Sequence record: SRR20825019_473
Direction: 5' to 3' (one strand)
Length of the DNA stretch: 64,000 nt
In this document: one piece after another, positions 1-11,643 of the stretch
Numbering within the stretch: the stretch's first letter is position 1
Layout: each line of letters begins with the position of its first letter
The notes under the pieces: generated by a model
The model's input: the letters and a program-made list of their open reading frames with translations, nothing else
What the model was told of the DNA's origin: nothing
Databases searched by the model: none
Translations under genes and position numbers: made by a program

Positions 1-32
1 AAACTCCTCATCATTGATGGGGAGTTTTTTTT
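1..32. terminator. Intrinsic terminator hairpin, possibly bidirectional, downstream of topB
   Basis: aaactcctcatc-att-gatggggagttt stem followed by a T run; lies at the window edge. Confidence 0.6.
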
Positions 33-103
33 GTGATAAAAATTACGAGATCAATGAAGAAAAGAAGGGTTGATTGATTTTAAAAACAACGTTAGACGAA
101 TGC

Positions 104-2197
104 CTAGTCTGCTTGAAATGTAATATTGAAATCAGAAGTCAGAAGCAATTTTCCTTTGAGTACATCCTTGTTTGAACCAACGAATCCTTTAATGGATCCC
201 GTTTTTCCTTTTAAGAGAAGATCTTGTAATTGCTTATCGGTAAGTTTTTTGCCCATGATCTCAAACGGTACTTTAAAACCGCACACTTTGAAGTCGGAGC
301 AGCCAACAGCAGATTTCCCCTTCATTAATTTTTTGGAGCATTTGGGACAGTTTAGTTCTTCAAAAACGATTTCTTTTTTCGGAGCGCGTGGCTTACTGAC
401 TTTTTTAGGTTCTTCAAAAAAGACAACGTTACTGGGAGTGTTAAAAATTACTTCGTCAGTCAGAGCACGAACCATAAGGTAAAGTTCCTGCTTGAATACT
501 TCCAATTGATATTCTCCTTTCTCTATCAAGCGCAATTTACGTTCCCAATCTCCCGTTAATTCTGCGCTTTTGAGAAGCTCATTTTGAATGGTGTCGATTA
601 GCGCAATTCCGGTTGGCGTAGCGATGAGGTTCTTGCGTTTTTTTTCAATGTACTTTCTTCGAAACAAGGTCTCGATAATATTTGCGCGAGTAGAAGGTCT
701 ACCAATTCCATTGTCCTTGAGAATTTCTCTCATTTCTTCGTCGTCCACTTGCTTTCCTGCAGTTTCCATGGCGCGCAGAAGTGTTGCTTCCGTATAATGT
801 TTCGGAGGAGACGTTTTTCCTTGGTGAACAAATGGCTCGTGAGGACCTTTCTCTCCTTCTACGAAAGTAGGCATGATGGTTTCTTCTTCCTTACTTTTTG
901 CATCCTTTTTTTGATCGGCATAGACTTCGCGCCAACCTTGATCCAAAATCTGTTTTCCTGTTGCCTTAAACTCTAAGTTTTCTACTTTTCCTAAAACAGT
1001 GGTATTCGAAACGGTACAAGGAGGATAAAAAACAGCAATGAAACGTCGGCAAATAAGGTCGTAAATTTTGTTCTCGTCTGGGCTAATACCTGAAGGACTC
1101 ACTCCCGTAGGAATTATAGCGTGGTGATCAGTAACTTTTTCATCATTGAACACCGTTTTTGTCATCGGAATCGGTTCTTTGAGTAAAGGTTCTGTAAAAC
1201 GAGAATAATACGTTAGACCTCTAAGAATTCCAGGGATTTTTGGATGAATGTCCTCGGAAAGATAACTTGTATCTACACGTGGATATGTCACCAACTTCTT
1301 CTCATACAAATTCTGGATATGTTTCAGAGTTTCATCTGCCGAAAATCCAAATTTCTTATTTCCATCTACTTGAAGCGAGGTCAAATCATAAAGCCTTGGA
1401 TTTCCTTCCTTTCCTTCCTTTTGCTCAAATGAGGTAATTTCGAATTCTTTGTCCTTTAAATATTCTAATCCCTTCTCAGCGCGATCAACGGTTTTTAAAC
1501 GATCTATTTGGCAGTTGAATTCTTGTTCGCGATAGGTTGTTTTAAGTTCCCAGTATTCTTCAATAATAAAAGCGTCAATTTCCTTTTGTCGCTCCACAAT
1601 CATTGCAAGCGTAGGCGTTTGAACTCGTCCAATCGATAGAGTGGACTTTCCTTGACCGAATTTTTTCGTGAATAAACGTGTACCGTTAATTCCAAGCATC
1701 CAGTCACCGATAGCGCGTGCACTTCCTGCAGCATATAAATTGTCGTACTGTTTTCCGTCTCGTAGCTTTTCAAATCCTTCTCGAATAGCTTCCTCAGTAA
1801 GAGAAGAAATCCAGAGGCGTTTTACTGGGACATTGCATTTTGCCTTCAGAAGTACCCAACGTTGAATTAACTCTCCCTCCTGTCCAGCATCCCCGCAATT
1901 GATCACTTCGTCACAGTTTTGAACCAGTCTAGCAATTGTATTGAATTGTTTTTCAACTCCTTGATTCGGGATGAGTTTAATTCCAAAGTTTGAAGGAACT
2001 ATTGGGAGGTCTTCGAGTTTCCAGTATTTCCAGTTCTCTTTATAATCGTGAGGCTCTTTGAGTGTGCAAAGATGACCAAAAGTCCATGTTACCTGATAAC
2101 CATTTCCTTCGTAATAGCCATCGTTTCGCTGTTTCGCTCCGATTACTTCGGCGATGTCTTTGGCTACACTTGGTTTCTCGGCTATACAGACTTTCAT
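104..2197 (-). CDS. topB: DNA topoisomerase III (type IA)
   Basis: IAEKPSVA TOPRIM start, DAGQEGELI, GRVQTPTL, catalytic TYPRVD, GIGRPSTR, C-terminal Zn ribbon; start taken at ATG 2197 (MKVCIAEK). Confidence 0.93.
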   Translation of the reverse strand: MKVCIAEKPSVAKDIAEVIGAKQRNDGYYEGNGYQVTWTFGHLCTLKEPHDYKENWKYWKLEDLPIVPSNFGIKLIPNQGVEKQFNTIARLVQNCDEVINCGDAGQEGELIQRWVLLKAKCNVPVKRLWISSLTEEAIREGFEKLRDGKQYDNLYAAGSARAIGDWMLGINGTRLFTKKFGQGKSTLSIGRVQTPTLAMIVERQKEIDAFIIEEYWELKTTYREQEFNCQIDRLKTVDRAEKGLEYLKDKEFEITSFEQKEGKEGNPRLYDLTSLQVDGNKKFGFSADETLKHIQNLYEKKLVTYPRVDTSYLSEDIHPKIPGILRGLTYYSRFTEPLLKEPIPMTKTVFNDEKVTDHHAIIPTGVSPSGISPDENKIYDLICRRFIAVFYPPCTVSNTTVLGKVENLEFKATGKQILDQGWREVYADQKKDAKSKEEETIMPTFVEGEKGPHEPFVHQGKTSPPKHYTEATLLRAMETAGKQVDDEEMREILKDNGIGRPSTRANIIETLFRRKYIEKKRKNLIATPTGIALIDTIQNELLKSAELTGDWERKLRLIEKGEYQLEVFKQELYLMVRALTDEVIFNTPSNVVFFEEPKKVSKPRAPKKEIVFEELNCPKCSKKLMKGKSAVGCSDFKVCGFKVPFEIMGKKLTDKQLQDLLLKGKTGSIKGFVGSNKDVLKGKLLLTSDFNITFQAD

Positions 2198-2398
2198 AGT
2201 TCGCAAAATTGCTGTTCCGCAACTTATTTTGGGGAGCTAAATTTAATCAAAAGCCGCGACTATTTTCGAGCAGTGCAGGAAGAGTTATAGATATTTTTCA
2301 ACCATTATGGAGGATCGTATCGTTTTCAATGACGCGAGATGCGCAGTTAAGCTGACATTACGTCTACAACAAAGGAATCTTAATAATTGACCTTGAGA

Positions 2399-4768
2399 CT
2401 ATTTCAGTAGGTTGACTGTTCCTGTGAAGGTTGTTCTTTCATCCTTGTAAGGATCTTTTACAACGGCTTTCCATAAGTACACACCACTTGCAACTATTTC
2501 TCCTTTATAGGTTCCGTCCCAGCCTACCGCAGGGTCATGGTTTTCCCAAACGAGTTCACCCCAACGATTGAAGACAAGTACTTCGTAATTGTGATCGTCA
2601 TACCCACCAACTTCTGGTCTCCACGTTTGGTTATACTCATCTCCATCTGGAGTAAATGAATTTGGTGCAAAGAAAGATTGCTGAATAACTTTCAAGTAGC
2701 GAATCACGGTATCTCTACAACCAAGCTCACTTTCTACAATTAATGTAATAGGATATTCATCCACTTCACCAATTGGAAAGGTGAAGTAAGGAGTGATATC
2801 TGTACTTGATGTTGGGTTAGAGAACGGACTGTCCCAGTACCAATGAATAACATCAAAAGAGGACTTATCTTGCATGAAAACAGTTGTTTCAAAAATATTC
2901 GTTGGATTTACAGAGATATCAAAATTAGCGGTTGGCTTATCAATGATATTCGCTAAACCAAACATCGTATCTGTATAAACACAGCCATAAACCGAAGTAA
3001 TCGTCATAACAACATCATAGTTCCCAGGTAAATGGTAGTCATGAGATGTTGGAGCATCACCGATTGTCATTGCAGTATGCGTGATATTATCTCCGAATTC
3101 CCAGAAAGTTGTAGCAATATCAGTTGGATTGCTCGATGCATTCACTAAATCCAATGTATTTGGGATACAGACTGATCCTGGAATTGAGGAAGGTACAATT
3201 GGTGTATGGAAATTGATGATTGTACATTCTTGATCTGTAGGAGAACCACATGCCTCAGAAAGGATCACACAATACTGGGTATTCGTTTGGTCAGGATCAA
3301 CAACAATGCTCGTTCCTGTTCCAATAAGCGCTCCGTTTTCAAACCAAGTAAACGTGTATGGACTTGATCCACCGGTACCAATTACCGTCAATGTAATGTC
3401 GTCCTCTGGACAAATATCAGTTGTAGGTGTAATAAACGTAATATCTAATGGAGCTGGTTCACCAAGAACCCCACTCACTGTAATTACACATCCGTTATCG
3501 TCCGTGATTGTGCAGGTATGATTCCCAACAACTAAATCATTCGCTGTGTTTGAAGTTGAAGTTGAATTATCCCATGAATAAGTATATGGAGGAGTTCCTT
3601 GAATTACATTTACTGTAATAACTCCATCGTTACCCGTATAACATGTAACATCACTTTGCGCTGTAATGGCACCTATCATTCCAGGGATTTCATCTACAAC
3701 TTGCACAACCGTTCCTACACATCCAATATCTGATGTGATTGTACATGTGTATGTCCCAGCCGAAAGTCCAACTGCGGTTTGTGTCGTTTGATTTAACGGA
3801 TCATCCCAAGAATAGGTGATGTTTCCAAGTGGGGGAAGCATTTCTGCAAACGCAGTACCATCATTTCCTCCTGGACAACTAACTTGGGTATATGATCCAG
3901 CAAAAGCGGCCGGAACATCTGTTACAAAAATGTTATCTGTTGCCACACAGCCATTGCTATCTGTCATTTGTACAGTGTACATTCCTGTTAATACATTCGA
4001 GACATTTGCCGTATTTGCGCCCAAGGCGGGCCAAAAGAAGGAGAACGGACTCGTTCCTTGAACCGCAACTGCAGAGACAGTACCATTACTGGAAGTACAT
4101 ATATCTGTAGTCATACTTGCGGAGACTTGAACCGGAGGTAGAACTACAATAGTTACGGAGCCTGTAAATGTGTTACATGCTTGAGTTGCAGTTAAAGTAT
4201 ATGTTGTAGTTGCAGCAGGAGTAGCCGTTGGATTTGCTACTGTACCACTGTTGAGTGATCCAGCTGGAACCCAAGAATAAGTAGTTGATGCTGGTCCGCA
4301 ATTACCTGTAATCACTGAAGTTAATGTTGTGCTTTCCCCAAGACAAATAGTGTCATTCGTTGTTCCAACAGTTAAAACAGGAGTTGGTCCAGCAATGGTG
4401 AAGTTAAAAGTGGGAGTATAAATACCACAGCTTGTTTCTACCGCACGCCATTTGTAATTTCCAGCACACATAGCTGAAACGTCAATGGTTGTCATTGGAT
4501 AAGGTTGATTCGTATTACTACCTCCAGTATGACATATTTGAGACGAAAAATGAGTCGGAACTCCAGTAAACGCCTGATTTTGGCATCTAACTTCTATTTG
4601 AACTGTATAACAGCAATCCCACCCAGCATTACTCGTAAATGTCAAATTCAAATTATTTCCTACGAGATTTTGAGTAACATTACTCAATGCCTGACAAGGT
4701 GAACAAGCCAAGGCAACACTCGATGAGAGAATGAAGAGTCCAAGAATTAATGATTGTATAAATTTCAT
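2399..4768 (-). CDS. Secreted T9SS type B (gliding-motility-associated CTD) protein with SprB-like and PKD repeats
   Basis: Signal peptide MKFIQSLILGLF; repeats of GTxPYTYSW...L.xGxYTxTITDxxGC; C-terminal PNSFTPDGDEYN...VFNRWGE...GWDGTYKG...GVY. Confidence 0.85.
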   Translation of the reverse strand: MKFIQSLILGLFILSSSVALACSPCQALSNVTQNLVGNNLNLTFTSNAGWDCCYTVQIEVRCQNQAFTGVPTHFSSQICHTGGSNTNQPYPMTTIDVSAMCAGNYKWRAVETSCGIYTPTFNFTIAGPTPVLTVGTTNDTICLGESTTLTSVITGNCGPASTTYSWVPAGSLNSGTVANPTATPAATTTYTLTATQACNTFTGSVTIVVLPPVQVSASMTTDICTSSNGTVSAVAVQGTSPFSFFWPALGANTANVSNVLTGMYTVQMTDSNGCVATDNIFVTDVPAAFAGSYTQVSCPGGNDGTAFAEMLPPLGNITYSWDDPLNQTTQTAVGLSAGTYTCTITSDIGCVGTVVQVVDEIPGMIGAITAQSDVTCYTGNDGVITVNVIQGTPPYTYSWDNSTSTSNTANDLVVGNHTCTITDDNGCVITVSGVLGEPAPLDITFITPTTDICPEDDITLTVIGTGGSSPYTFTWFENGALIGTGTSIVVDPDQTNTQYCVILSEACGSPTDQECTIINFHTPIVPSSIPGSVCIPNTLDLVNASSNPTDIATTFWEFGDNITHTAMTIGDAPTSHDYHLPGNYDVVMTITSVYGCVYTDTMFGLANIIDKPTANFDISVNPTNIFETTVFMQDKSSFDVIHWYWDSPFSNPTSSTDITPYFTFPIGEVDEYPITLIVESELGCRDTVIRYLKVIQQSFFAPNSFTPDGDEYNQTWRPEVGGYDDHNYEVLVFNRWGELVWENHDPAVGWDGTYKGEIVASGVYLWKAVVKDPYKDERTTFTGTVNLLK

Positions 4769-4841
4769 GATGTGCAGTTTAAACCGTAGGTAACTATGCT
4801 TTTTAGACGAGTAATCGATGGCTAGGTTGCTACGTTTTGCA

Positions 4842-4849
4842 CAAAAGTA
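4842..4849 (-). promoter_or_regulatory. Bacteroidota sigma-A -7 element (TACTTTTG)
   Basis: Exact TAnnTTTG about 75 nt upstream of the 4768 start. Confidence 0.5.
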
Positions 4850-4939
4850 CAAGAAATAGACAATCTAAACACTGCGATTAAGAAAAGATAAAGTGTTTTA
4901 GTTAGAACAAGATAGGCTGGATTTACAGGAGTTTTCCTC

Positions 4940-5287
4940 TTAAAAGGAAATGTATTTCGAAAAAATGATAATGCCCACAACTGCCGCTCCAATTGATCCG
5001 ATTAATACTGCTCCAGCGGCTACGTCTTTGATGTAACGAATGGATTCTTTTCGTTCAACAGTGATTTCGTCGCAGATTTTTTCAATTGCAGTGTTTATTG
5101 CTTCAAGGGCTAAAACAAGAGAAGAGACGATTGTAATGAGAATCCAATCCGCTCTGGAAATCGATAAACAACATCCTAAGGTGATCACACCAATGAGCGC
5201 GATCAGATGCACTTTGAAGTTCAGTTCCGACTTGAAAACATCCCCAATTCCCCGAAAGGCATTTATAAATCCAGTGAAAAATTTCAT
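4940..5287 (-). CDS. Diacylglycerol/undecaprenol kinase family (DgkA-type) membrane protein
   Basis: E-x-N-F-x-x-H, EAINTAIEKICD, IKDVAAGAVL motifs; three hydrophobic helices. Confidence 0.88.
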   Translation of the reverse strand: MKFFTGFINAFRGIGDVFKSELNFKVHLIALIGVITLGCCLSISRADWILITIVSSLVLALEAINTAIEKICDEITVERKESIRYIKDVAAGAVLIGSIGAAVVGIIIFSKYISF

Positions 5288-5290
5288 TTA

Positions 5291-6910
5291 TTACTTGATT
5301 ATTTGACCTGAGTAGAGAACGGAATAAGGGGATGAAATAGTATAAAAGTAGTTTCCTTGTGATAAATCCGTAAGATCAAGATTTGTCGCATGAGCACCTA
5401 TTGTTTTGCTTCCTAATGGGAATACTTTCAGTGTTCTACCGCTCAAATCACTAATTGAAATTTCAATCTCAGAGGCTTCAAATAAGGAAAAACCTATGGC
5501 AATTTCATTCGTAAAGGGATTGGGCCATGCTCGATGATATTCAACCTTTGCTTCGATTTCTTCAATTCCCGCAACACAAGCACCAGGAATATTGGCATCT
5601 AACCATGCCGCACGTTGCTCAATGTATGTTTTTAAATAGTTCAAATCTTCTTCGTATGTCTGACCAACAAATCCGTTCCAATTCACATAAACACCGATAA
5701 TAGGCCAGCGCTGAAAATTTCGAATTCTGGCTTCTTGAATTTCCGCAGCTACAGAATTTATGTAAGCATGAAGATTAGCCGTGCTTAATGTCGTTTCTCT
5801 GAGTGATTCCCATCTGCAACGGAGTCCAATGACATACGATGGATCTTCTAAAAGTCGTTCCCACCAAAACGGAATCGAAGTGCTGAAATTACAGATGTCG
5901 TCAAATTCATATTGCCAACCTGTCGTTAAATCGGCATCACAATAATCTGCGTTACCGAAAGAAAGATTGAAGTCCCACATCGGACCAGCTACCAGTTTTG
6001 AATTCCAATTAAAGAAGTCTTTGTCTTTGTGAAGAAAAGAGCTCGATCGATATCCATCAACCGTTCGTCCAAGTTCTTGCAAAATAAAGAAATCATGGAA
6101 TGAACCAATGTCAATGTATTGATGATAGCCAACGTTTGGATCGCCAAATTGTGGACCAGCGAGCATTGCTTCGAAATCGTTAATGTAATCTTCCATGTAA
6201 CTGGACTGTAAACTATTCAGTTCATCGTATTCAGGATCATGAAATTGAAACACAACCTCATTGTTGTAGTTTGAAGTCCATGAATAACCAACTTCGCCAG
6301 TTAACTTATCAACTTTAACAATATACCCACCTGTTAAACTGTCTCCCCATTGATTCGCAACATGCACGTTTTTAAGATCTACGCGGTCGTTGTCTATTTT
6401 TATCCGTTCCATGAGCACGTACAATCCACGATAATTCCCATTGATAAGAACTTCACAATACCGAGTATTTGAAGCATAATGTCCCATTTCTCTTGCTAAT
6501 TCAAATGTCAGCACATTTCGGATAAGCGTTTTATCAGGATATGGACCGTATAGAATCCAATCATTTTCTACTGGGAGTCCAAGTAAATTAACCTGTGCGT
6601 TTTGTCCAAGTGAATCCTGTGTTTCAAAACCGTAGCCCTTCTTGGGGTATTGTTGCGACGTTGATCCTCGAATTTCAATTTCGATTCGTCCATCGTAAGC
6701 GTTATATGGATCGTTCACATTGTTGGTCATTCCAACGCCATTATCAATTACACCCATGTGAGCGACCACCCTCGGATCATCAACAATGGAAGCACCGTTA
6801 TTCGTCGTAATAATTACAATGGGTAAATTTGAATTTGTAAGCGTAACCTGCGAGAATCCATAGACCCGAAGAAGCGAACAGAAAAGAAGTAGTAAAAGCG
6901 TTTTCATCAT
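5291..6910 (-). CDS. CotH kinase family protein with T9SS type A C-terminal domain
   Basis: RGSTSQQYPKKGY, DKTLIRN, NGNYRGLY, GPMWDFNLSFGN; C-terminal WPNPF...DLSGR...L..GNYF. Confidence 0.85.
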   Translation of the reverse strand: MMKTLLLLLFCSLLRVYGFSQVTLTNSNLPIVIITTNNGASIVDDPRVVAHMGVIDNGVGMTNNVNDPYNAYDGRIEIEIRGSTSQQYPKKGYGFETQDSLGQNAQVNLLGLPVENDWILYGPYPDKTLIRNVLTFELAREMGHYASNTRYCEVLINGNYRGLYVLMERIKIDNDRVDLKNVHVANQWGDSLTGGYIVKVDKLTGEVGYSWTSNYNNEVVFQFHDPEYDELNSLQSSYMEDYINDFEAMLAGPQFGDPNVGYHQYIDIGSFHDFFILQELGRTVDGYRSSSFLHKDKDFFNWNSKLVAGPMWDFNLSFGNADYCDADLTTGWQYEFDDICNFSTSIPFWWERLLEDPSYVIGLRCRWESLRETTLSTANLHAYINSVAAEIQEARIRNFQRWPIIGVYVNWNGFVGQTYEEDLNYLKTYIEQRAAWLDANIPGACVAGIEEIEAKVEYHRAWPNPFTNEIAIGFSLFEASEIEISISDLSGRTLKVFPLGSKTIGAHATNLDLTDLSQGNYFYTISSPYSVLYSGQIIK

Positions 6911-6946
6911 GGTTACCAACTAAGTTACGATACTTTTTTGATTTAC

Positions 6947-6977
6947 TTGGAATCTAGTTTGATTCCCTTTACCTTTG
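6947..6977 (+). promoter_or_regulatory. Bacteroidota sigma-A promoter for the riboswitch/metH transcript
   Basis: TTG (6947) - N20 - TACCTTTG (6970-6977). Confidence 0.65.
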
Positions 6978-6995
6978 CACCAGTTCATTCAAATA

Positions 6996-7105
6996 GACTT
7001 ATGAAGAAAGGTGGAGGGATAGGCCCTATGAAACCTTGGCAACCTATTTATTTAATAAAAAAGGTGCCAAATCCCATTCTGACGAACATCGGAAAGAGAT
7101 AAGTT
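6996..7105 (+). ncRNA. SAM riboswitch (SAM-I clan)
   Basis: CTTATGAAGAAAGGTGGAGGGATAGGCCCTATGAAACCTTGGCAACC...AAGGTGCCAAATCC...GAGATAAG; P1 acttat/ataagt; directly upstream of methionine synthase. Confidence 0.92.
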
Positions 7106-7149
7106 CATTTTAAAGCATCCTTCGCTTCATAGTCAACTAATGAAATATT

Positions 7150-8154
7150 ATGAAGGATATACAATCTATACTTAAAGAACGAATTTTAGTGCTTGATGGT
7201 GCTATGGGTACGATGATTCAGCGCCATACACTCGAAGAAGAGGATTTCAGAAAAGGATGGTTTGATGATCATCACAAACCTTTGAAAGGGAACAATGACC
7301 TTCTTTCTCTCACGCGACCAGATATAATTAAAGAAATCCATGCGCTTTATTTTGAAGCCGGGGCAGATATTGCAGAAACGAATACCTTTTCGGGCACAAC
7401 AATCGCTCAGGCGGATTATGATCTTCAACATGCAGTGTATGATATAAATTTTCTCAGTGCTAAAATTGCACGCGAAGTAGCAGATGAATTCACAAAACGT
7501 GAACCACATAAACCAAGATTCGTTGCTGGATCTATGGGACCAACAAATCGAACAGCATCTATTTCTCCAGATGTAAATGACCCAGGATTTCGTGGAATTA
7601 CGTTCAATGAATTGGTGCAAGCATATAAAGAGCAGGCAAATGCATTAATCGATGGTGGAGTAGACATCTTGTTGGTAGAAACGGTATTTGATACGTTGAA
7701 CGCAAAAGCGGCGTTGTTTGCCATCGATGAGGTGTACGAAGAGCGTGGGGTAAATCTTCCTATTATGGTTTCGGGAACAATCACCGATCAAAGCGGTCGA
7801 ACATTGACAGGACAGACTACCGAAGCATTTTTGATCTCGATTTCTCACATGAATTTGTTGACGGTAGGCTTGAATTGTGCCCTTGGAGCTTCAATGATGA
7901 GGCCATATTTACAAATTTTAGATAAAAAAGCGCCATTCGGAGTGAGCGCACATCCAAATGCTGGACTTCCAAACGAATTTGGAGAATACGATGAAACCGC
8001 AGAAATGATGGCAGAGCAAATCAAGGAGTTTTTAGACGAAGGATTGGTCAATATTATTGGCGGATGCTGCGGAACAACGCCTGATCATATTCGTGCAATT
8101 GCAGAAATGGCAGTGAATTACGAACCTAGAAAACACTACGAGAATGTCGGATAA
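7150..8154 (+). CDS. metH: Methionine synthase, homocysteine S-methyltransferase (N-terminal) half
   Basis: [30 protein letters not shown] zinc motif. Confidence 0.92.
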   Translation: MKDIQSILKERILVLDGAMGTMIQRHTLEEEDFRKGWFDDHHKPLKGNNDLLSLTRPDIIKEIHALYFEAGADIAETNTFSGTTIAQADYDLQHAVYDINFLSAKIAREVADEFTKREPHKPRFVAGSMGPTNRTASISPDVNDPGFRGITFNELVQAYKEQANALIDGGVDILLVETVFDTLNAKAALFAIDEVYEERGVNLPIMVSGTITDQSGRTLTGQTTEAFLISISHMNLLTVGLNCALGASMMRPYLQILDKKAPFGVSAHPNAGLPNEFGEYDETAEMMAEQIKEFLDEGLVNIIGGCCGTTPDHIRAIAEMAVNYEPRKHYENVG

Positions 8155-10819
8155 ATCAAAAGTAACCTTGCGCCTCTCAGGTCTTGAACCGTTGATCGTG
8201 ACACCCGAGAGCAATTTTGTAAATGTGGGGGAACGTACGAATGTAACCGGTTCACGAAAGTTTCTCCGTTTAATCAAAGAGGAATTATTCGACGAAGCGT
8301 TAAGTGTTGCTCGAGAACAGGTGGAAGGCGGTGCGCAAATTATCGATATCAACATGGATGAAGGAATGATCGATGGAAAAGAATCCATGGTGAAGTTTTT
8401 GAATCTAATTGCGGCAGAACCAGATATTTCCAGAGTTCCTATTATGATTGATAGCTCGAAATGGGAAATTATCGAAGCTGGTCTTCAGTGCATTCAGGGA
8501 AAAGGCGTTGTAAATTCCATTTCATTGAAAGAAGGCAAGGAACAATTCGTTCAATATGCTAAGAAAGTGAAGCGCTACGGAGCTGCGGTTATCGTGATGG
8601 CGTTTGATGAAGACGGACAGGCAGATAGTTACGAGCGACGAATTGAAATTTGTGAAAGATCGTACCGTATTTTGGTCGATGAGGTGGAATTTGCCAAAGA
8701 AGACATCATTTTCGATCCAAATATTTTCCCTGTTGCTACGGGAATGTCTGAACACAATAATAATGCACTCGATTTTTTCCGTGCAACCAAATGGATTCGT
8801 GAAAACCTTCCAGGGGCGCACGTAAGTGGAGGTGTTTCCAACGTTTCTTTTTCATTTAGAGGAAATGATATTGTAAGAGAAGCGATGCACGCCGCATTTT
8901 TGTACCACGCGATTAAACATGGAATGGACATGGGAATCGTGAATCCTTCTATGTTGGAAGTGTACGACGATGTGGACAAAGAGCTCATGGAATTTGTGGA
9001 AGACGTTCTATTGAATCGACGTGAGGATGCCACGGAGCGTTTATTGGAGCATGCTGAAACCGTTCGTGGTGAAGGAAAAGTACGGGTTGTTGATTTGTCT
9101 TGGAGGGAAAATCCCGTTCGGGAGCGCTTGACACATGCTTTGGTCAAAGGAAACGCAGATTATGTAGAAGAAGATGTTGAAGAATGTCGGCATTTATTTG
9201 AACGCCCAATTGAAGTAATCGAAGGACCTTTGATGGATGGAATGAACGTGGTGGGTGATCTCTTCGGAAGTGGGAAAATGTTCTTGCCGCAAGTGGTGAA
9301 ATCCGCGCGCGTGATGAAAAAGGCCGTTGCTTACTTGCTTCCTTTTATTGAAGCGGAAAAAGGTGGAGTAAGAGAATCTTCAGGCAAAATATTAATGGCA
9401 ACTGTGAAGGGGGATGTACACGATATTGGAAAAAATATTGTGGGTGTTGTGCTTAGTTGCAATAATTACGAAATCGTTGATTTGGGCGTAATGGTTCCAC
9501 CGGAGCGAATTATTCAAGAGGCGATTGCGCAAAAGGTAGATATTATCGGATTGAGTGGATTAATCACTCCTTCTTTGGATGAAATGGTGACCGTTGCAAA
9601 GGAAATGGAGCGCGCGAACTTATCAATTCCCTTAATGATTGGTGGGGCAACGACTTCTAAAGTTCACACAGCCGTAAAAATAGATGAGCATTTCAAAAAA
9701 GATCAAGCGGTGCATGTTTTGGACGCGTCGCGTTCGGTGACTGTCGTTGAACAACTGCTCGGTCAGCGCAAAACGGCGTTTATCGAAAGTATAAAAGAAG
9801 AATACGAGAAGTTAAGAGTGCATCATGCAAAGCATCGTGGTCGCAAAGAAATGCTAAGCTTGTCTGACGCTCGTGAGAATAAATTCAAAATTGAATGGTC
9901 TGAGGAAGAAATCGTCACTCCAAAGCAATTGGGAATGAAACAGGTGGAAGTTACGACCGAAGAATTGATCCCATTCATTGACTGGACTCCTTTTTTCAGA
10001 ACGTGGGAGCTGCATGGAAAATACCCGCAGATTTTTAATGATGAATTGGTTGGTGAAGCCGCAAAGAAGCTTTTTGAGGATGCAAAGGAAATGCTTAAGA
10101 AAATCTCTACCGAGAATTGGTTAGATCACAGAGGTCTCATTGGTATTTTTCCAGCGAATTCTGAGGAGGACGATATTTTCATTTACGACATAGATCAACC
10201 TGATCAAATTATTCATACGCAGCGAACGATGCGTCAGCAATCGAAAAAAGCAGCGGGAGTTCCAAATATTGCACTTGCGGATTTTATTGCGCCAATAAGT
10301 AGTGGAAAAAAAGACTATATCGGTGGGTTTGTGGTAACTTCTGGTGTTGGAATTGACACACATGTTGCACGTTTTGAAGCGGACCATGATGATTATAACT
10401 CAATTCTTTTGAAAGCATTGGCAGATCGATTGGCGGAAGCGTTCGCAGAATATTTGCACGCGAAGGTACGTCGAGAAATTTGGGGATATGCGCCCGACGA
10501 AACGTTGGATAATGAAGCGCTAATTAGAGAAAGATATCAAGGAATTCGTCCAGCGCCGGGTTATCCTGCGTGTCCAGACCATACTGAAAAAACAGGATTG
10601 TTTGAATTGTTGGATGCAACTGCTTTAACAGGTGTTTCGTTGACGGAAAGTTTGGCAATGCTCCCAACGGCGAGTGTTTCCGGATGGTATTTCGCAAGCC
10701 CTCATGCAAAGTATTTCGGGGTCGGGAAGATCTTAAATGACCAAGTGGAATCACTAGCGAAGCGAAAAGATATGGAGTTGCATATTATGGAGCGTTGGTT
10801 ATCTCCGAATTTGCATTAA
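8144..10819 (+). CDS. metH: B12-dependent methionine synthase: pterin-, cobalamin-binding and reactivation domains
   Basis: [23 protein letters not shown]12 motif, [22 protein letters not shown]. Confidence 0.95.
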   Translation: MSDKSKVTLRLSGLEPLIVTPESNFVNVGERTNVTGSRKFLRLIKEELFDEALSVAREQVEGGAQIIDINMDEGMIDGKESMVKFLNLIAAEPDISRVPIMIDSSKWEIIEAGLQCIQGKGVVNSISLKEGKEQFVQYAKKVKRYGAAVIVMAFDEDGQADSYERRIEICERSYRILVDEVEFAKEDIIFDPNIFPVATGMSEHNNNALDFFRATKWIRENLPGAHVSGGVSNVSFSFRGNDIVREAMHAAFLYHAIKHGMDMGIVNPSMLEVYDDVDKELMEFVEDVLLNRREDATERLLEHAETVRGEGKVRVVDLSWRENPVRERLTHALVKGNADYVEEDVEECRHLFERPIEVIEGPLMDGMNVVGDLFGSGKMFLPQVVKSARVMKKAVAYLLPFIEAEKGGVRESSGKILMATVKGDVHDIGKNIVGVVLSCNNYEIVDLGVMVPPERIIQEAIAQKVDIIGLSGLITPSLDEMVTVAKEMERANLSIPLMIGGATTSKVHTAVKIDEHFKKDQAVHVLDASRSVTVVEQLLGQRKTAFIESIKEEYEKLRVHHAKHRGRKEMLSLSDARENKFKIEWSEEEIVTPKQLGMKQVEVTTEELIPFIDWTPFFRTWELHGKYPQIFNDELVGEAAKKLFEDAKEMLKKISTENWLDHRGLIGIFPANSEEDDIFIYDIDQPDQIIHTQRTMRQQSKKAAGVPNIALADFIAPISSGKKDYIGGFVVTSGVGIDTHVARFEADHDDYNSILLKALADRLAEAFAEYLHAKVRREIWGYAPDETLDNEALIRERYQGIRPAPGYPACPDHTEKTGLFELLDATALTGVSLTESLAMLPTASVSGWYFASPHAKYFGVGKILNDQVESLAKRKDMELHIMERWLSPNLH

Positions 10820-10896
10820 GGTTAGAATTTTATCAAATACACTCTAGATTAGTGTGGATTCATCTATTTTAGTACTGCTTATGTTATGAATGATTA

Positions 10897-11643
10897 ATGA
10901 CTTTTGAAATGAATAAAACGAATACTCAACTTGTCTATCGAGGGATTTTTAAGTTTCTTTTTTTGATTCTCTCTTTTTCAGCGATGTCTCAAGATCAGCT
11001 GACCACGTCGAAGGACAGTGTTTTAAACAAGGATTGTGGCAATTTGTCGCAGATTAGTTTGTGCATTTGGACTGCTGACTCTAGCGTTCATTTGTTTGAT
11101 AAAATAAATGGCAATTCTGGACAGAAAGACGGAGCAAAGATGAAGTTTAGGGATGAAGATATTTTGTCCATATTGGAATCTGAGGATTTAGGACACTTCA
11201 CACAGAGAGTTTATTTGAGCTTTGAAAGTTCTTCTGAACAAAAGAATCCTACATTTTTTAATGTAGAACTGACCCCTAAGCAAAGAGAGTGTTCTGGAGA
11301 AGTCCTGTTTTCAGATCAAAATGGTAGAATGATTGTGCAGTATTACGGTTGGAAAAATTCAGGACCCGCCGCTGGAGTTTTGTTCATTGTAGATGGAAAA
11401 GCATACAGAATAGGTTCTGTTGGAGTTAGCCCAGTATTCGGTGCGATAGAGTCAAACAAAAGATCAGAAGAAGTTGTGTCTTTGGTTTTAGATGAGCTTA
11501 AGGGGTGTCCTAGAGTCGAAAAGATAATAGCAGATTATTTTAATGCCGATCAGTCAGTAACTTTTCCGAAAGAAGATCTAAAATCACTTTACTTTGATTG
11601 TTACTTCGAGCAATTTTCAGTCCCATCTGTCACTGCAAAGTAG
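10897..11643 (+). CDS. Hypothetical exported protein
   Basis: 248-aa ORF with signal-peptide-like FLFLILSFSAMS; no motif recognised; start uncertain. Confidence 0.6.
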   Translation: MTFEMNKTNTQLVYRGIFKFLFLILSFSAMSQDQLTTSKDSVLNKDCGNLSQISLCIWTADSSVHLFDKINGNSGQKDGAKMKFRDEDILSILESEDLGHFTQRVYLSFESSSEQKNPTFFNVELTPKQRECSGEVLFSDQNGRMIVQYYGWKNSGPAAGVLFIVDGKAYRIGSVGVSPVFGAIESNKRSEEVVSLVLDELKGCPRVEKIIADYFNADQSVTFPKEDLKSLYFDCYFEQFSVPSVTAK

